A stretch of DNA of 64,000 nucleotides from an uncultured Candidatus Saccharibacteria bacterium. GTDB taxonomy: Bacteria > Patescibacteriota > Minisyncoccia > Minisyncoccales > Staskawiczbacteraceae. Positions 38,245 to 47,170 of this stretch are shown one piece after another. The stretch is from NCBI GenBank assembly GCA_964356545.1, contig CAYHHX010000001.1, positions 1,918-65,917 on the forward strand, written 5' to 3'. The notes under the pieces were generated by a model. The model worked only from the letters and a program-made list of their open reading frames with translations. It had not been told where the DNA came from and did no database searches. Within the stretch, counting starts at the first letter, position 1. Every line of letters starts with the position of its first letter. Both the position numbers and the translations under genes were made by a program.

Positions 38245-39132
38245 ATGCAAAGACTCATCAGCTACTTTACAGATGGAATCACTTCGCGGACGCTCCAAAC
38301 CATTGGAGCGGAAGTTGAAACCCAGTTTGTGGATAAAAATGGTGTGGCCATCCAAACACAAACGTCTCAGCAAATGCTAGGATACCTTGCCAAAAACGGA
38401 TGGAAGGTGGATTGCCTTAAAGGCAGCCTGATAACCGCCCTTGTTGATCGGGGTGGTAACAAAATATTCTACGAGCTTGGCAGGCACAACATAGAGGTTT
38501 CCACAGCAGCTTCGACATTGGATTGTGTGTTGGGCGTCGCCAAAAAGTGTCTTGCCCAAATTTATCAAGTTGCTTGGATGTTCGGTGTGGAGCCATATTT
38601 CGCACCGATACTCTTCGGCGACGAAGATTTACTGGTTATTCCTGACGAAAGGGACGCAACTTGGTTGGAACTGGATGGACGAAAAGCGCTGGCTCCGCTT
38701 GCGCGCACGTCGTCTGTCCAATTCACATTCTCGGTTGCCATACAAGATGCCGTGAGAATATTGAACGGATTCGGAGAACGGATCGAATCGTTCTTGGCGG
38801 ATTTTCCACAGGACGTTGTCTGGAAACGATACATCTCGGATTCGTTTGCGGGATATCTTCCTGATCGCTATGGCGGCCCGCTGATGTTTGAGTCATTGGA
38901 GGGTTATTGCCGAGCTCTTGTTCGACACGATGTCATTCAAGGATCGCGTTTTGTGACGTTTCCGAACGCAAGTGATTTGGACATCTCTCTCTATCTGCGC
39001 AGTATCTGGTGGCACTTCAGGCTCAAGCGTTACAGCAACGCTTTGTGCATTGAGGCACGGCCCATGGCTCGCAGGGCGGACGAGCAATTCCAGTGCCAGC
39101 TGGATAGAGTATTGGAAATTGTCTGCGCATAA
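38245..39132 (+). CDS. Carboxylate-amine ligase of the glutamate-cysteine ligase family 2 (GCS2/YbdK-like), short form.
   Basis: N-terminal 'TIGAEVETQFVD' (compare GCS2 'LGVEEEFxLVD') and C-terminal 'CIEARPMARR' (compare 'xxExRxxD'). The gene is G+C-rich. Start at ATG 38245 after 'gggggagag'. Confidence 0.45.
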   Translation: MQRLISYFTDGITSRTLQTIGAEVETQFVDKNGVAIQTQTSQQMLGYLAKNGWKVDCLKGSLITALVDRGGNKIFYELGRHNIEVSTAASTLDCVLGVAKKCLAQIYQVAWMFGVEPYFAPILFGDEDLLVIPDERDATWLELDGRKALAPLARTSSVQFTFSVAIQDAVRILNGFGERIESFLADFPQDVVWKRYISDSFAGYLPDRYGGPLMFESLEGYCRALVRHDVIQGSRFVTFPNASDLDISLYLRSIWWHFRLKRYSNALCIEARPMARRADEQFQCQLDRVLEIVCA

Positions 39133-39245
39133 CTCAAAAAACCTTGTGTGGACGGTTGGCTACACAAGGTTTCTTATTTTTTTCCATATTGTATTTTTAA
39201 TATAAAACAAGCAGAATAAAATAATTAATAAGATAAAAATAAAAA

Positions 39246-39701
39246 ATGAAAAACAAAAATTTATACTTTGCATATGGGTCAAATTTGGACGAAAAACAAA
39301 TGAAAGAACGCTGTCCAGGCTCCGAATTATTAGGTGCGGCAGTGTTAAAAAACTACCGCTTAGATTTTACAATATATTCTCCAAGATGGAAGTATGGATG
39401 CGCTGATGTAATTAAGAATGCGGAAAATGAGGTTTGGGGCGTGCTATACACTTTGTCTGAGGAAGACTTGCAAAAATTAGACAAATGTGAAGGAGACCCG
39501 AATTTTTACAGAAGAATACAAGTTGATATTTTAGATAAAATGGGTGAGTTGGTTCAGGCTTACACCTACGAGGTAGTTAACAAATCTCCATTTCAAATGC
39601 CATCTTCCAAATATCTCAATATTATCAAAGAAGCCTCCAGAAAATTTAATTTCCCCCAAAATTATCAGGATTTTTTGAAAAATATTAAGTTTATTCCTTA
39701 A
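39246..39701 (+). CDS. Gamma-glutamylcyclotransferase (AIG2/GGCT-like).
   Basis: 'LYFAYGSNLDEKQMKERCP' and 'VWGVLYTLSEEDLQKLDKCEG' are AIG2-like signatures. Confidence 0.7.
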   Translation: MKNKNLYFAYGSNLDEKQMKERCPGSELLGAAVLKNYRLDFTIYSPRWKYGCADVIKNAENEVWGVLYTLSEEDLQKLDKCEGDPNFYRRIQVDILDKMGELVQAYTYEVVNKSPFQMPSSKYLNIIKEASRKFNFPQNYQDFLKNIKFIP

Positions 39702-39763
39702 TTTAAAGGGTTTTTTATTGCATTTTCGCTCTAAAAAAGGCATAATAGGATAATAAATCCAAT

Positions 39764-40177
39764 ATGTCAGAAGATTTTTTAAAAAATTTAGTAAAAGAAT
39801 ACAAGTATTGGGAAGTTTACATTCACGAAAATCAAAGCTATCTTGGGCGATGCGTAATTTGGTGCAAGCGGGAAAACGCACTTGATTTAACTGATGCAAC
39901 GAAAAAAGAGCAACGAGAATTATTTTTAATCTTGCACAATTTAAGAGAGGCAGAGAAAAAAGCTTTCCAGCCAGATTGGTTTAATTATTCGTTTTTAGGC
40001 AATGAAACTCGGCATTTGCACGGTCATTTTATTCCTCGGTATGCAAAACCAAAAACATTTATGGGTATTATATTTAAAGATAAGTTATATGGACACAATT
40101 ACAAAACCGACCACAATTTTCAAACATCAACCAAGTTATTAGCCGAAGTAATAAATAGATTAAAGTCGGTTTTATAA
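39764..40177 (+). CDS. HIT-family (histidine triad) nucleotide hydrolase/transferase.
   Basis: Histidine triad 'RHLHGHFIPR'. Confidence 0.6.
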   Translation: MSEDFLKNLVKEYKYWEVYIHENQSYLGRCVIWCKRENALDLTDATKKEQRELFLILHNLREAEKKAFQPDWFNYSFLGNETRHLHGHFIPRYAKPKTFMGIIFKDKLYGHNYKTDHNFQTSTKLLAEVINRLKSVL

Positions 40178-40234
40178 GGTAGTATAAGAAATGGAAATAC
40201 GAATTTTTAAATAAAAATAAAAAAGTTTCAATAC

Positions 40235-40828
40235 ATGGACATAGAATACGAAGCGACATTTATAAATATAAATAAGGAAGAGATAAGAAAAAAATTAAAG
40301 AAGGTTGGGGCGAAATTAGTAAAACCTGAGTTTGTGCAAAAAAGGGTTAATTTTCATTTACCGAAAGGTCACGAAAATGAGAATGCTTGGATGAGGATAA
40401 GGGATGAACAAAATAAAATAACAATGAGCTATAAAGAAATTAACGGAGAAAAAATTGAAAATCAGAAAGAAATAAATTTAGTTATCGATGATTTTAAAAC
40501 AGGAGAAGAATTTTTAATATCAATTGGCTGTCAAAGGAAATCTTATCAGGAAACAAAAAGAGAGATATGGGAGTTGGACGGTGTTGAAATTTGCATCGAC
40601 GAATGGCCATTTTTAGAACCCTTTGTAGAGGTTGAAGGAAAATCAGAAAAAGAAGTAAAAGCAGTTTCTGAAAAAATTGGCTTTGATTATTCAAAAGCTT
40701 TGTTTTGTCCGGCCGGAGATATATATAGTAAAAAATATAATATCTCGTCTCAGGTTATATCTAATAAGATATCTAAAATAACTTTTGGTATGAAAAACCC
40801 ATTTTTAAAGTTTCGAAATAAGCAATGA
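40235..40828 (+). CDS. CYTH-domain protein (triphosphate tunnel metalloenzyme).
   Basis: N-terminal 'IEYEATFI' (ExExK-type start) and the size and spacing of acidic residues fit CYTH. Confidence 0.55.
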   Translation: MDIEYEATFININKEEIRKKLKKVGAKLVKPEFVQKRVNFHLPKGHENENAWMRIRDEQNKITMSYKEINGEKIENQKEINLVIDDFKTGEEFLISIGCQRKSYQETKREIWELDGVEICIDEWPFLEPFVEVEGKSEKEVKAVSEKIGFDYSKALFCPAGDIYSKKYNISSQVISNKISKITFGMKNPFLKFRNKQ

Positions 40829-41400
40829 AAAAAATAATTTTAGCATCATCATCTCCAAGAAGAAAAGATTTACTTTTGCAGATTGGCTTGAAATTTGAAA
40901 TAGATCCAAGCAATTACCAAGAAGATATGACCCTAAAAATGAATCCAAAAAAATTGGCGGAATATTTGTCGTTGGGAAAAGTAAAAAATGTGGCTCAAAG
41001 GCACAAAGATTCAATTATTATTGCAGCGGATACTTTTTGCGTTCTTGACAAAGAAGTTTTAGGAAAACCAAGAACAAAAGAAAATGCTAAAATTATGTTG
41101 CAAAAACTTAGCGGTAAAGTACACTCTGTGATAACTGGATTTACTATTATTGATACCGAAACAAACAAACAAGTTTCAAAATCAATAGAAACAAAAGTGT
41201 ATTTTAAACCTATTTCCAATAAAGAAATCGATGCGTATATTGCTTCAGGGGGACCATTAGAGTTTGCAGGGGCTTACGCCATACAGCACCTCGGAGGTTT
41301 ATTTGTAGAAAAAATAGAAGGTGACTACTTTAATATTGTCGGGCTTCCAATATTACCATTAACTGTAGAACTTAAAAAATTCGGGATTAATATTCTGTAA
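40825..41400 (+). CDS. maf: Maf-like nucleoside triphosphate pyrophosphatase.
   Basis: 'IILASSSPRRKDLL' and 'IIIAADTFCVLDKEVLGKP'. Confidence 0.85.
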   Translation: MKKIILASSSPRRKDLLLQIGLKFEIDPSNYQEDMTLKMNPKKLAEYLSLGKVKNVAQRHKDSIIIAADTFCVLDKEVLGKPRTKENAKIMLQKLSGKVHSVITGFTIIDTETNKQVSKSIETKVYFKPISNKEIDAYIASGGPLEFAGAYAIQHLGGLFVEKIEGDYFNIVGLPILPLTVELKKFGINIL

Positions 41401-41422
41401 ACTTTTTATTAATGAGGAAGTA

Positions 41423-41452
41423 GAAATGGTGGCTGTCCCCATTACCCCCCCC
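41423..41452. repeat. REP element (reverse orientation) with a C-run.
   Basis: 'gaaatggtggctgtccccattacccccccc'. Confidence 0.6.
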
Positions 41453-41617
41453 ACCTATGTAGACATTAGTTATTAACAGGCGAGGGTATTGACATAGAGT
41501 AAACAAAAGATTAGTATGAGTTTAATAAATCCTTATCGTTTGCTTCGGCTACGGTAAGCAATAGGAGCCCCTTTGGGGGCTCTTGTTTTTTATAAAGTAA
41601 AGTTATATCCTTGAAAT

Positions 41618-42178
41618 ATGGAAAATCCAAAGCGTGTAGCTGTCTTTATAGATAATAGTAATGTTTTTCACCACATTTACGATATTAAAAAACAGGATAA
41701 AAGCTGGGTTTGTTTGTATAATCCCTTAATTCTTGCCGAAAAGTTAGCTGGGAATAGAAATCTTGTATATGTTGGTTTTTACTGTGTCCGCCCACCATCA
41801 TATCTTTTAAATGGCACAAAAGATGACCAAAGAAAATACAATATAACTCAAAAATATTATGGGGAAATTGAAAAACTATTAAAACTTTCAATGAAATTTG
41901 GGGATTTAAAGGGTACAAGGGGACAACTTCAAGAAAAGAATTTAGATACCCAATTAGCAACAGATATGGTTACTATGGCGGCTTTAGATGAATTTGATGT
42001 AGCTATTCTTGTTTCAAACGATGGGGATTATAAGAGTGCCATTGAGAACACCAAAAGATTTAATAAAAAGATAGAAAATATGTTTTTTAAAGGTAGCTTA
42101 TCTATGGCTATTGATGGGAAGTGCGATATTAAAAGACGAGCTCGTCGTTCTTTCTTTGTAAAATTAGACAGACTATAA
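41618..42178 (+). CDS. NYN-domain (LabA-like, PIN-related) protein.
   Basis: 'VAVFIDNSNVFH' and 'DTQLATDMVTMAALDEFDVAILVSNDGDY' are NYN/LabA hallmarks. Confidence 0.7.
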   Translation: MENPKRVAVFIDNSNVFHHIYDIKKQDKSWVCLYNPLILAEKLAGNRNLVYVGFYCVRPPSYLLNGTKDDQRKYNITQKYYGEIEKLLKLSMKFGDLKGTRGQLQEKNLDTQLATDMVTMAALDEFDVAILVSNDGDYKSAIENTKRFNKKIENMFFKGSLSMAIDGKCDIKRRARRSFFVKLDRL

Positions 42179-42327
42179 ATTAAATAAAGCTTAATACACC
42201 CATTTCTTGCTTTATTTTATTCCAATCAAGCGTTTTAAATGTGTCCAGCAAGCCCCTCCATTTCTCCATTCCTTAGTCCTAAGCATTTTCAGGCGCTTAT
42301 AGATGCGAAAGTTTTAAAATAATTTTT

Positions 42328-42855
42328 ATGAAAAAATTAATAATTTTAGTTGGCACTACTTCAGATCAAAAAATAAATTATTTGAAAGAGATTTTAAAAG
42401 AACTAAATATAAAATCAGAGTTAATTTCAATTCGAGTGAATAGTGGTGTTTCTGAACAACCTAAAACATCAACAGAAACCAAGAAAGGTTCAATTAATCG
42501 AGCCAAAAGAGCATTTAAAAAAGAATTAAAGGCAGATTTTTCAATAGGAATTGAAGTTGGGTATCATAAAAATTCTAAAAGAAAATATGAAATGTTTTGT
42601 TGGGTTACTATTATTGGTAATAATGGCTATCAAATATCAAGCCAGTCGCATAAGTTTTTATTGCCTAAATATTATCAGAATGTTTTGGAAAAAGGTTTAT
42701 TTGTAAACGAGCATTTGGGTGGGTTCATGAAAAATAAAAAAGAAGCATCGCACGCAAAGAGGAAAATTGACGAAATAGTTCGTCATAGAAAACCGTTTAT
42801 TGAAAACGCCTTAAAAAATGCGTTAATCCGTTATCTAAATAAAGAATATTTTTAG
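42328..42855 (+). CDS. Inosine/xanthosine triphosphatase (YjjX/DUF84-like non-canonical NTP phosphatase).
   Basis: 'ILVGTTSDQKINYLKE', 'SGVSEQPKTSTETKKGSINRAKRAF' and 'IGIEVG' resemble the YjjX family. Confidence 0.55.
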   Translation: MKKLIILVGTTSDQKINYLKEILKELNIKSELISIRVNSGVSEQPKTSTETKKGSINRAKRAFKKELKADFSIGIEVGYHKNSKRKYEMFCWVTIIGNNGYQISSQSHKFLLPKYYQNVLEKGLFVNEHLGGFMKNKKEASHAKRKIDEIVRHRKPFIENALKNALIRYLNKEYF

Positions 42856-42910
42856 AAAGTAGAATAGAGCGTAGAGTTATGAGAACCTTCCAATAAATCG
42901 CTAAAAGTAA

Positions 42911-42932
42911 AAATGGTGGCTGTCCCTATTTC
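42911..42932. repeat. REP element (reverse orientation).
   Basis: 'aaatggtggctgtccctatttc'. Confidence 0.55.
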
Positions 42933-43433
42933 TCATTTTTCGTTTGCCTTGATTGAAGGTAGATAGATAGTGTTCTTTATTTCCCTTGGATGAATTTTTA
43001 ATAATAAATCCTTTATTTCAATAGGAAAGATATTCATTTTTTCTATTTTAGTGTAATCTACCCAAACAGGCGTAAACACATATTTATTAGAAATCTTTTT
43101 AAATTCAGGAGAGTTAGTGTTCAGTTTTGGCCTAAAAGTGCTATTTAATTCTCGGTAAAAGTAAAAACTTTTTTCATTGATATCCTTTTTGTTTAACTGA
43201 ATAATGTGGCTAAGAGTCCCTGAAATATTGTAACTTAGCTCTTCTTTTGCCTCCCTTTTCACAGCATCAATAGCGTTTTCGCCCTTTTCTATAGTGCCAC
43301 CCGGAAAACAATAATAACTGAGGTTTCCTTTTTTTCTTTTGACTAATAATATTCTCTCTTTATAGGTCAAGATAATGACTGTTCTTTTTTTAATCATTGT
43401 GTTAGAATACCATATCTTTTTACCTTTAACCAA
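42933..43433 (-). CDS. NUDIX hydrolase.
   Basis: Nudix box 'GGTIEKGENAIDAVKREAKEELSY'. Confidence 0.8.
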   Translation of the reverse strand: MVKGKKIWYSNTMIKKRTVIILTYKERILLVKRKKGNLSYYCFPGGTIEKGENAIDAVKREAKEELSYNISGTLSHIIQLNKKDINEKSFYFYRELNSTFRPKLNTNSPEFKKISNKYVFTPVWVDYTKIEKMNIFPIEIKDLLLKIHPREIKNTIYLPSIKANEK

Positions 43434-43447
43434 TAAACAAGAAAGGG

Positions 43448-44029
43448 GTGCAAAAGATGAAGCGACCTTTTATCTTTGACGGCTTAGATGGTTCCGGCAA
43501 AACCACGCTAGTGCAGAGCATAGCTTTGGTAACAGGAATGAGTATTATCCCACGTCTTTCGCTAATAGAAGACGCAGGGATCAAAGATAAAATAAGGAAT
43601 AAGAATATCTCGGTGGATACAATTCATAAGCTCTATATGTCAGCAACGCATGTGCACCTTATGGATCTTATTTTGCCGAAGATAGAGTCTGGCGAAAAAT
43701 TTCTCATTGATCGGTGGATAGCAGGAATGTTAACTATGCATGTTTTGCGAGGAGGAACATTAGCTCATTGGACTACTCGAAATTACGACTGGAGTCCTAT
43801 TAAAGCGGTGGATTGTATCTTTGTAAGGGCTTCAGAAGAAGTACGCAAACAAAGAATCATGTGTCGTGGTTCGCTGACGAAATCAGATAGGGTAAGCTTC
43901 CATAAAGATGCTGAAACTATCCACCTCCAATTTGCCCAGAGATTTTACCGACGCGTGATACTTCTTGAGGCAACAAATCTCAATCCCGACGAACTTCTCG
44001 CAGAAGCTTTAAGGGTTTTGGATATTTAG
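43448..44029 (+). CDS. Thymidylate-kinase-like P-loop (d)NMP kinase.
   Basis: 'FIFDGLDGSGKTT' P-loop and 'LIDRWIAGMLT' (compare Tmk 'DRYxxSxxAYQ'). The gene is more G+C-rich than its flanks. Confidence 0.45.
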   Translation: MQKMKRPFIFDGLDGSGKTTLVQSIALVTGMSIIPRLSLIEDAGIKDKIRNKNISVDTIHKLYMSATHVHLMDLILPKIESGEKFLIDRWIAGMLTMHVLRGGTLAHWTTRNYDWSPIKAVDCIFVRASEEVRKQRIMCRGSLTKSDRVSFHKDAETIHLQFAQRFYRRVILLEATNLNPDELLAEALRVLDI

Positions 44030-44363
44030 CACATTGGTTTGCGTAAAGGCGAATGATTTTATAGGAGTAACTCGTAGTTACTCCTTTTTATTTTCTGAAT
44101 TTATCACTATTCTTTCCTACTTTTCTTTGTCCGGAGATGAAAAAAAATGTCATTAATCAGTTAGTTACCCAGTACGAAAGAACTTTTGGCAAAGCACCCC
44201 ATGAATTATGCAAAGAGGTTGTCCAAGATTTAATAGCAGAAATGCCCCCAGAAGAAATTCCTTCAAGTTTAAAGTAAGTACTATTTAGTACACCAGTGGC
44301 CATAGTGTTGTTTTTTTGAAAAAACTGTTGATTGTTTTACTAACAGGTGGTATTATTAGCATA

Positions 44364-44513
44364 ATGAAGACAATAGAAAGAGGTAAGCAGATTTATATGC
44401 ATAAAAATTCAAAGGTTGGAATTTCAATGTTCCGCGCTTTTTCTAGTGTTCCTGATAAATATCAGGAAAAGAGTCTTTCTCTTTCAAAAAGTATTTCTGA
44501 AAATTTTATTTAA
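44364..44513 (+). CDS. Conserved small protein (49 aa), copy B of the repeated unit.
   Basis: Near-identical to copies C and D. Promoter TTGATT-N17-TATTAT lies directly upstream, giving a leaderless or near-leaderless start. Terminator at 44514-44543. Confidence 0.5.
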   Translation: MKTIERGKQIYMHKNSKVGISMFRAFSSVPDKYQEKSLSLSKSISENFI

Positions 44514-44543
44514 AAATACACTCATTAGCGGGTGTATTTTTTT
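44514..44543 (+). terminator. Intrinsic terminator of unit B.
   Basis: 'aatacactcattagcgggtgtattttttt'. Confidence 0.7.
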
Positions 44544-44545
44544 AA

Positions 44546-44620
44546 AAATTATGCATTTTGGAGAACATTTAACAATCGATGGATACGGTGGTAACTTTGA
44601 AAAGCTAAATGATGAAGAAT
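44546..44620 (+). pseudogene. 5' fragment of a pyruvoyl-dependent S-adenosylmethionine decarboxylase-like gene (speH/speD-like), truncated by a REP.
   Basis: 'MHFGEHLTIDGYGGNFEKLNDEE' matches the AdoMetDC N-terminus pattern G-x-H-L-x-x-D/E-x-Y-G-C/G-x-F-x-K-L-N-D. The frame then runs into the REP at 44617-44650. Confidence 0.45.
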
Positions 44621-44650
44621 GGTGGCTGTCCCCATTGTCCCTCCCATTAC
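44617..44650. repeat. REP element (reverse orientation).
   Basis: 'gaatggtggctgtccccattgtccctcccattac'. Confidence 0.6.
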
Positions 44651-44698
44651 TCATTACTGCAGAGGTCAGCCGTATTGCATTATAAGAAAAATCATGGC

Positions 44699-45484
44699 AT
44701 GGTATTGATGGAAGAGATTCATGTTGAGTTTCTCAAACAGCACATTAAAAAAATAAAAAGGATAAGACGTGTATCCAATTTACAATTTGCGCAAAGGAGA
44801 ACTGTTATGCGTAAAATCGAAGGTTTGAAATTTCTTCAGAGATTTTTTCCGGACCAATGCGTTGACTGTATATTCGTAACTGATAAAGAGCCTATTATTT
44901 TAAATGATCTCGAGAAACATGCTTCTTCGCTTTTCCGAGTACGATCAAGTCGAAGGAATGGGTCCGACATCAATGCTCCAAGTAAAACCTGTCACTCGGT
45001 AAAAGAGGTTGTAAAATTCGTAGAAGATTTACGAAGTTTAAAACAATCTTGGGAGTTTGTAATTCACCGTGTAGATAAAGCGTACTTTACACCAAGTTTT
45101 ATTGGCACAATAGCGCTTTTCTATAAGGTAGAACCTCAAATCATGATTGATCTGCAATATGTGCCAAGTAGGGACGCACAAGCAATTGCCAATGGAGCAT
45201 ATCATGGTCAGCCACCGCGAGATTGGAAAGTGGCTGCTATGTACACTTTTCCTTTCTTTGGGCGACAACCTTGGATACGGATTATCGATCCATTATTTCA
45301 ATTAAGTGCGGTGAGTGAGTTTATCCCACGTTTATGGCGTATCGGTCGCGAAATTGATGATGTGAAGCAGTCTTTAGATGATCGATCATCAGCAGCTTTA
45401 CCAGAATCAGTAACGCGTTTCAATCTTTATTCAGATGGATCAATTTTGCTTGACGATCATCGTAACGTGAGTTCGTTCATCTAG
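44699..45484 (+). CDS. Hypothetical protein.
   Basis: Long sense ORF. The annotated ORF start at 44609 lies inside the REP, so a later Met (44699 or 44708) is more plausible. No motif recognised. Confidence 0.35.
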   Translation: MVLMEEIHVEFLKQHIKKIKRIRRVSNLQFAQRRTVMRKIEGLKFLQRFFPDQCVDCIFVTDKEPIILNDLEKHASSLFRVRSSRRNGSDINAPSKTCHSVKEVVKFVEDLRSLKQSWEFVIHRVDKAYFTPSFIGTIALFYKVEPQIMIDLQYVPSRDAQAIANGAYHGQPPRDWKVAAMYTFPFFGRQPWIRIIDPLFQLSAVSEFIPRLWRIGREIDDVKQSLDDRSSAALPESVTRFNLYSDGSILLDDHRNVSSFI

Positions 45485-45581
45485 CATTAATACCGGTGTG
45501 CTATAAGATAGTATGCCGGTTTTCTTTGTATATTAAATTTGATACTATAAAAGATATAAAAAGTTAAATTATTTTAAAAAT

Positions 45582-46094
45582 ATGAATGTTATAAAAGTAA
45601 TTAGGGATGAGGATTTTGGTTTGGATAATCCAGTCCCAAAGAATTATAAGGAGCGCAAAGCAAGTCGTTCCATTGTTTTTGATGAGAATAGACATGTTGC
45701 TTTACTTCATGTAACAAAAAAGAATTATCATAAACTACCTGGTGGAGGCATGGAAAAAGGGGAAGAAATTTCTGAAACACTTGAGAGAGAATTATTTGAA
45801 GAAATCGGATGTTCCGTAAAAGATGTTCGAGAGCTTGGTATCATTGAAGAGTATCGTAATAAACTGGAACTTCATCAAATTTCCTACTGTTTTTTAGCTA
45901 ATCTTATCGGAGATAAGGGAACTCCACACTTTAAAGATGATGAAATAGATGATGGTTTTAAAATAACATGGATGGATATACGGGATGCGATTAGAACATT
46001 AGAAAGTGAAATAAATACCAGAGATTATAGGGATAAATTTATATGCTTACGAGACCTCATATTACTAAAAGAGGCAGTAAAAGTTTACAAGTAA
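45582..46094 (+). CDS. NUDIX hydrolase.
   Basis: Nudix box 'GGGMEKGEEISETLERELFEEIGC'. Confidence 0.75.
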   Translation: MNVIKVIRDEDFGLDNPVPKNYKERKASRSIVFDENRHVALLHVTKKNYHKLPGGGMEKGEEISETLERELFEEIGCSVKDVRELGIIEEYRNKLELHQISYCFLANLIGDKGTPHFKDDEIDDGFKITWMDIRDAIRTLESEINTRDYRDKFICLRDLILLKEAVKVYK

Positions 46095-46167
46095 TATTTG
46101 ACGAATAATAAATGGTTAGGAATACCATCAAGACAGTAATAAAGTTTTAAAAACTAATTTTAAGATT

Positions 46168-47130
46168 ATGGAAAATACTGAAAAGAAATTCTCCATCGCT
46201 GGCGCCAATTTCAAAATTAAATCAAATTTTGAAATAGAAAGCTTGTTGTACGAACCGCAACCATACAATTTACATATCAACTATTTAATTAAAGACAAAG
46301 TTAAAAAGAGAGACATTTTCACTATCGTTATTCTTAGAAATAACAAGAACTTAAGTCTCCATGTAAAGGGTAGAAACCTTACCATTAGTGGCAAGATAGA
46401 CGCTATGTTTGAACGCGAATACAATCCTCAATTCGGACTTTTTGGTAATAAGGGGATAATACATCACTTTATTCTACATACTCTTGAAAACTATTTGAAA
46501 TTCAGCTTTTTGCATGCATCGGCGATACTTCATCCACACAGAAAAAAAATATGTATTGCACTTGGTCCAAGTGGTTCTGGTAAAAGCGTCTTTGTTTCAA
46601 ATGCCCTAAAAATAGGTTGGAAACTAATTGCAACTGAACAAGTTATAATTAGTGCTGACGGAGAAATATTTAAGGGAAATCAGTATGATAATATTTCACC
46701 AAAAGCAGTTGATTTTATAGAATCACAGCTAGACAGGGCAGTTGTCTTTAAAGAAAAACAACTGATTGAACCCACTGGTCAAAAATTACTTGCAAATCTC
46801 TCAGAATACGGGATCAGCGTAAATAAACTTTTACTACAAGGTTACGAACTTAACCTTGTAGTCCTTAATTTTGGTAATCTTTCTCATAAAAATGGTACAC
46901 CTATTATTGATGAAGATTTTTTACTAAGAGTTATGCAATACAGTTCAAGTGAAAAGATATGTGCTCCTATAATTTTTGATAAAAATATATTTAAACTTAA
47001 TATGAATGGGAATTCAAAAAATAGAACAACTACGGTTAATTTAATTATTGGTAAGGCAAATAAAAAAATCGTTCTTGGTGGTAATTATACGGATTTTGAG
47101 AGATGGTTACAGTACGAATATTTAAATTAA
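46168..47130 (+). CDS. HprK C-terminal-domain-like P-loop protein.
   Basis: 'LHASAILHPHRKKICIALGPSGSGKSVFVSNALKIGWKLIATEQVIISADGEI' resembles the HPr kinase C-terminal domain P-loop and flanking region. Very A+T-rich, K/N/I-rich. Confidence 0.4.
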   Translation: MENTEKKFSIAGANFKIKSNFEIESLLYEPQPYNLHINYLIKDKVKKRDIFTIVILRNNKNLSLHVKGRNLTISGKIDAMFEREYNPQFGLFGNKGIIHHFILHTLENYLKFSFLHASAILHPHRKKICIALGPSGSGKSVFVSNALKIGWKLIATEQVIISADGEIFKGNQYDNISPKAVDFIESQLDRAVVFKEKQLIEPTGQKLLANLSEYGISVNKLLLQGYELNLVVLNFGNLSHKNGTPIIDEDFLLRVMQYSSSEKICAPIIFDKNIFKLNMNGNSKNRTTTVNLIIGKANKKIVLGGNYTDFERWLQYEYLN

Positions 47131-47170
47131 TAAAAAAAATTAATAATATTAGAAATCAAATAAGAAAAAT

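Noticed and set aside
44609-44698. N-terminal 30 codons of ORF 44609..45484 ('MMKNGGCPHCPS...')
   Set aside because: These codons are a translation of the REP element and the AdoMetDC-fragment junction. The real start is more likely a downstream Met.
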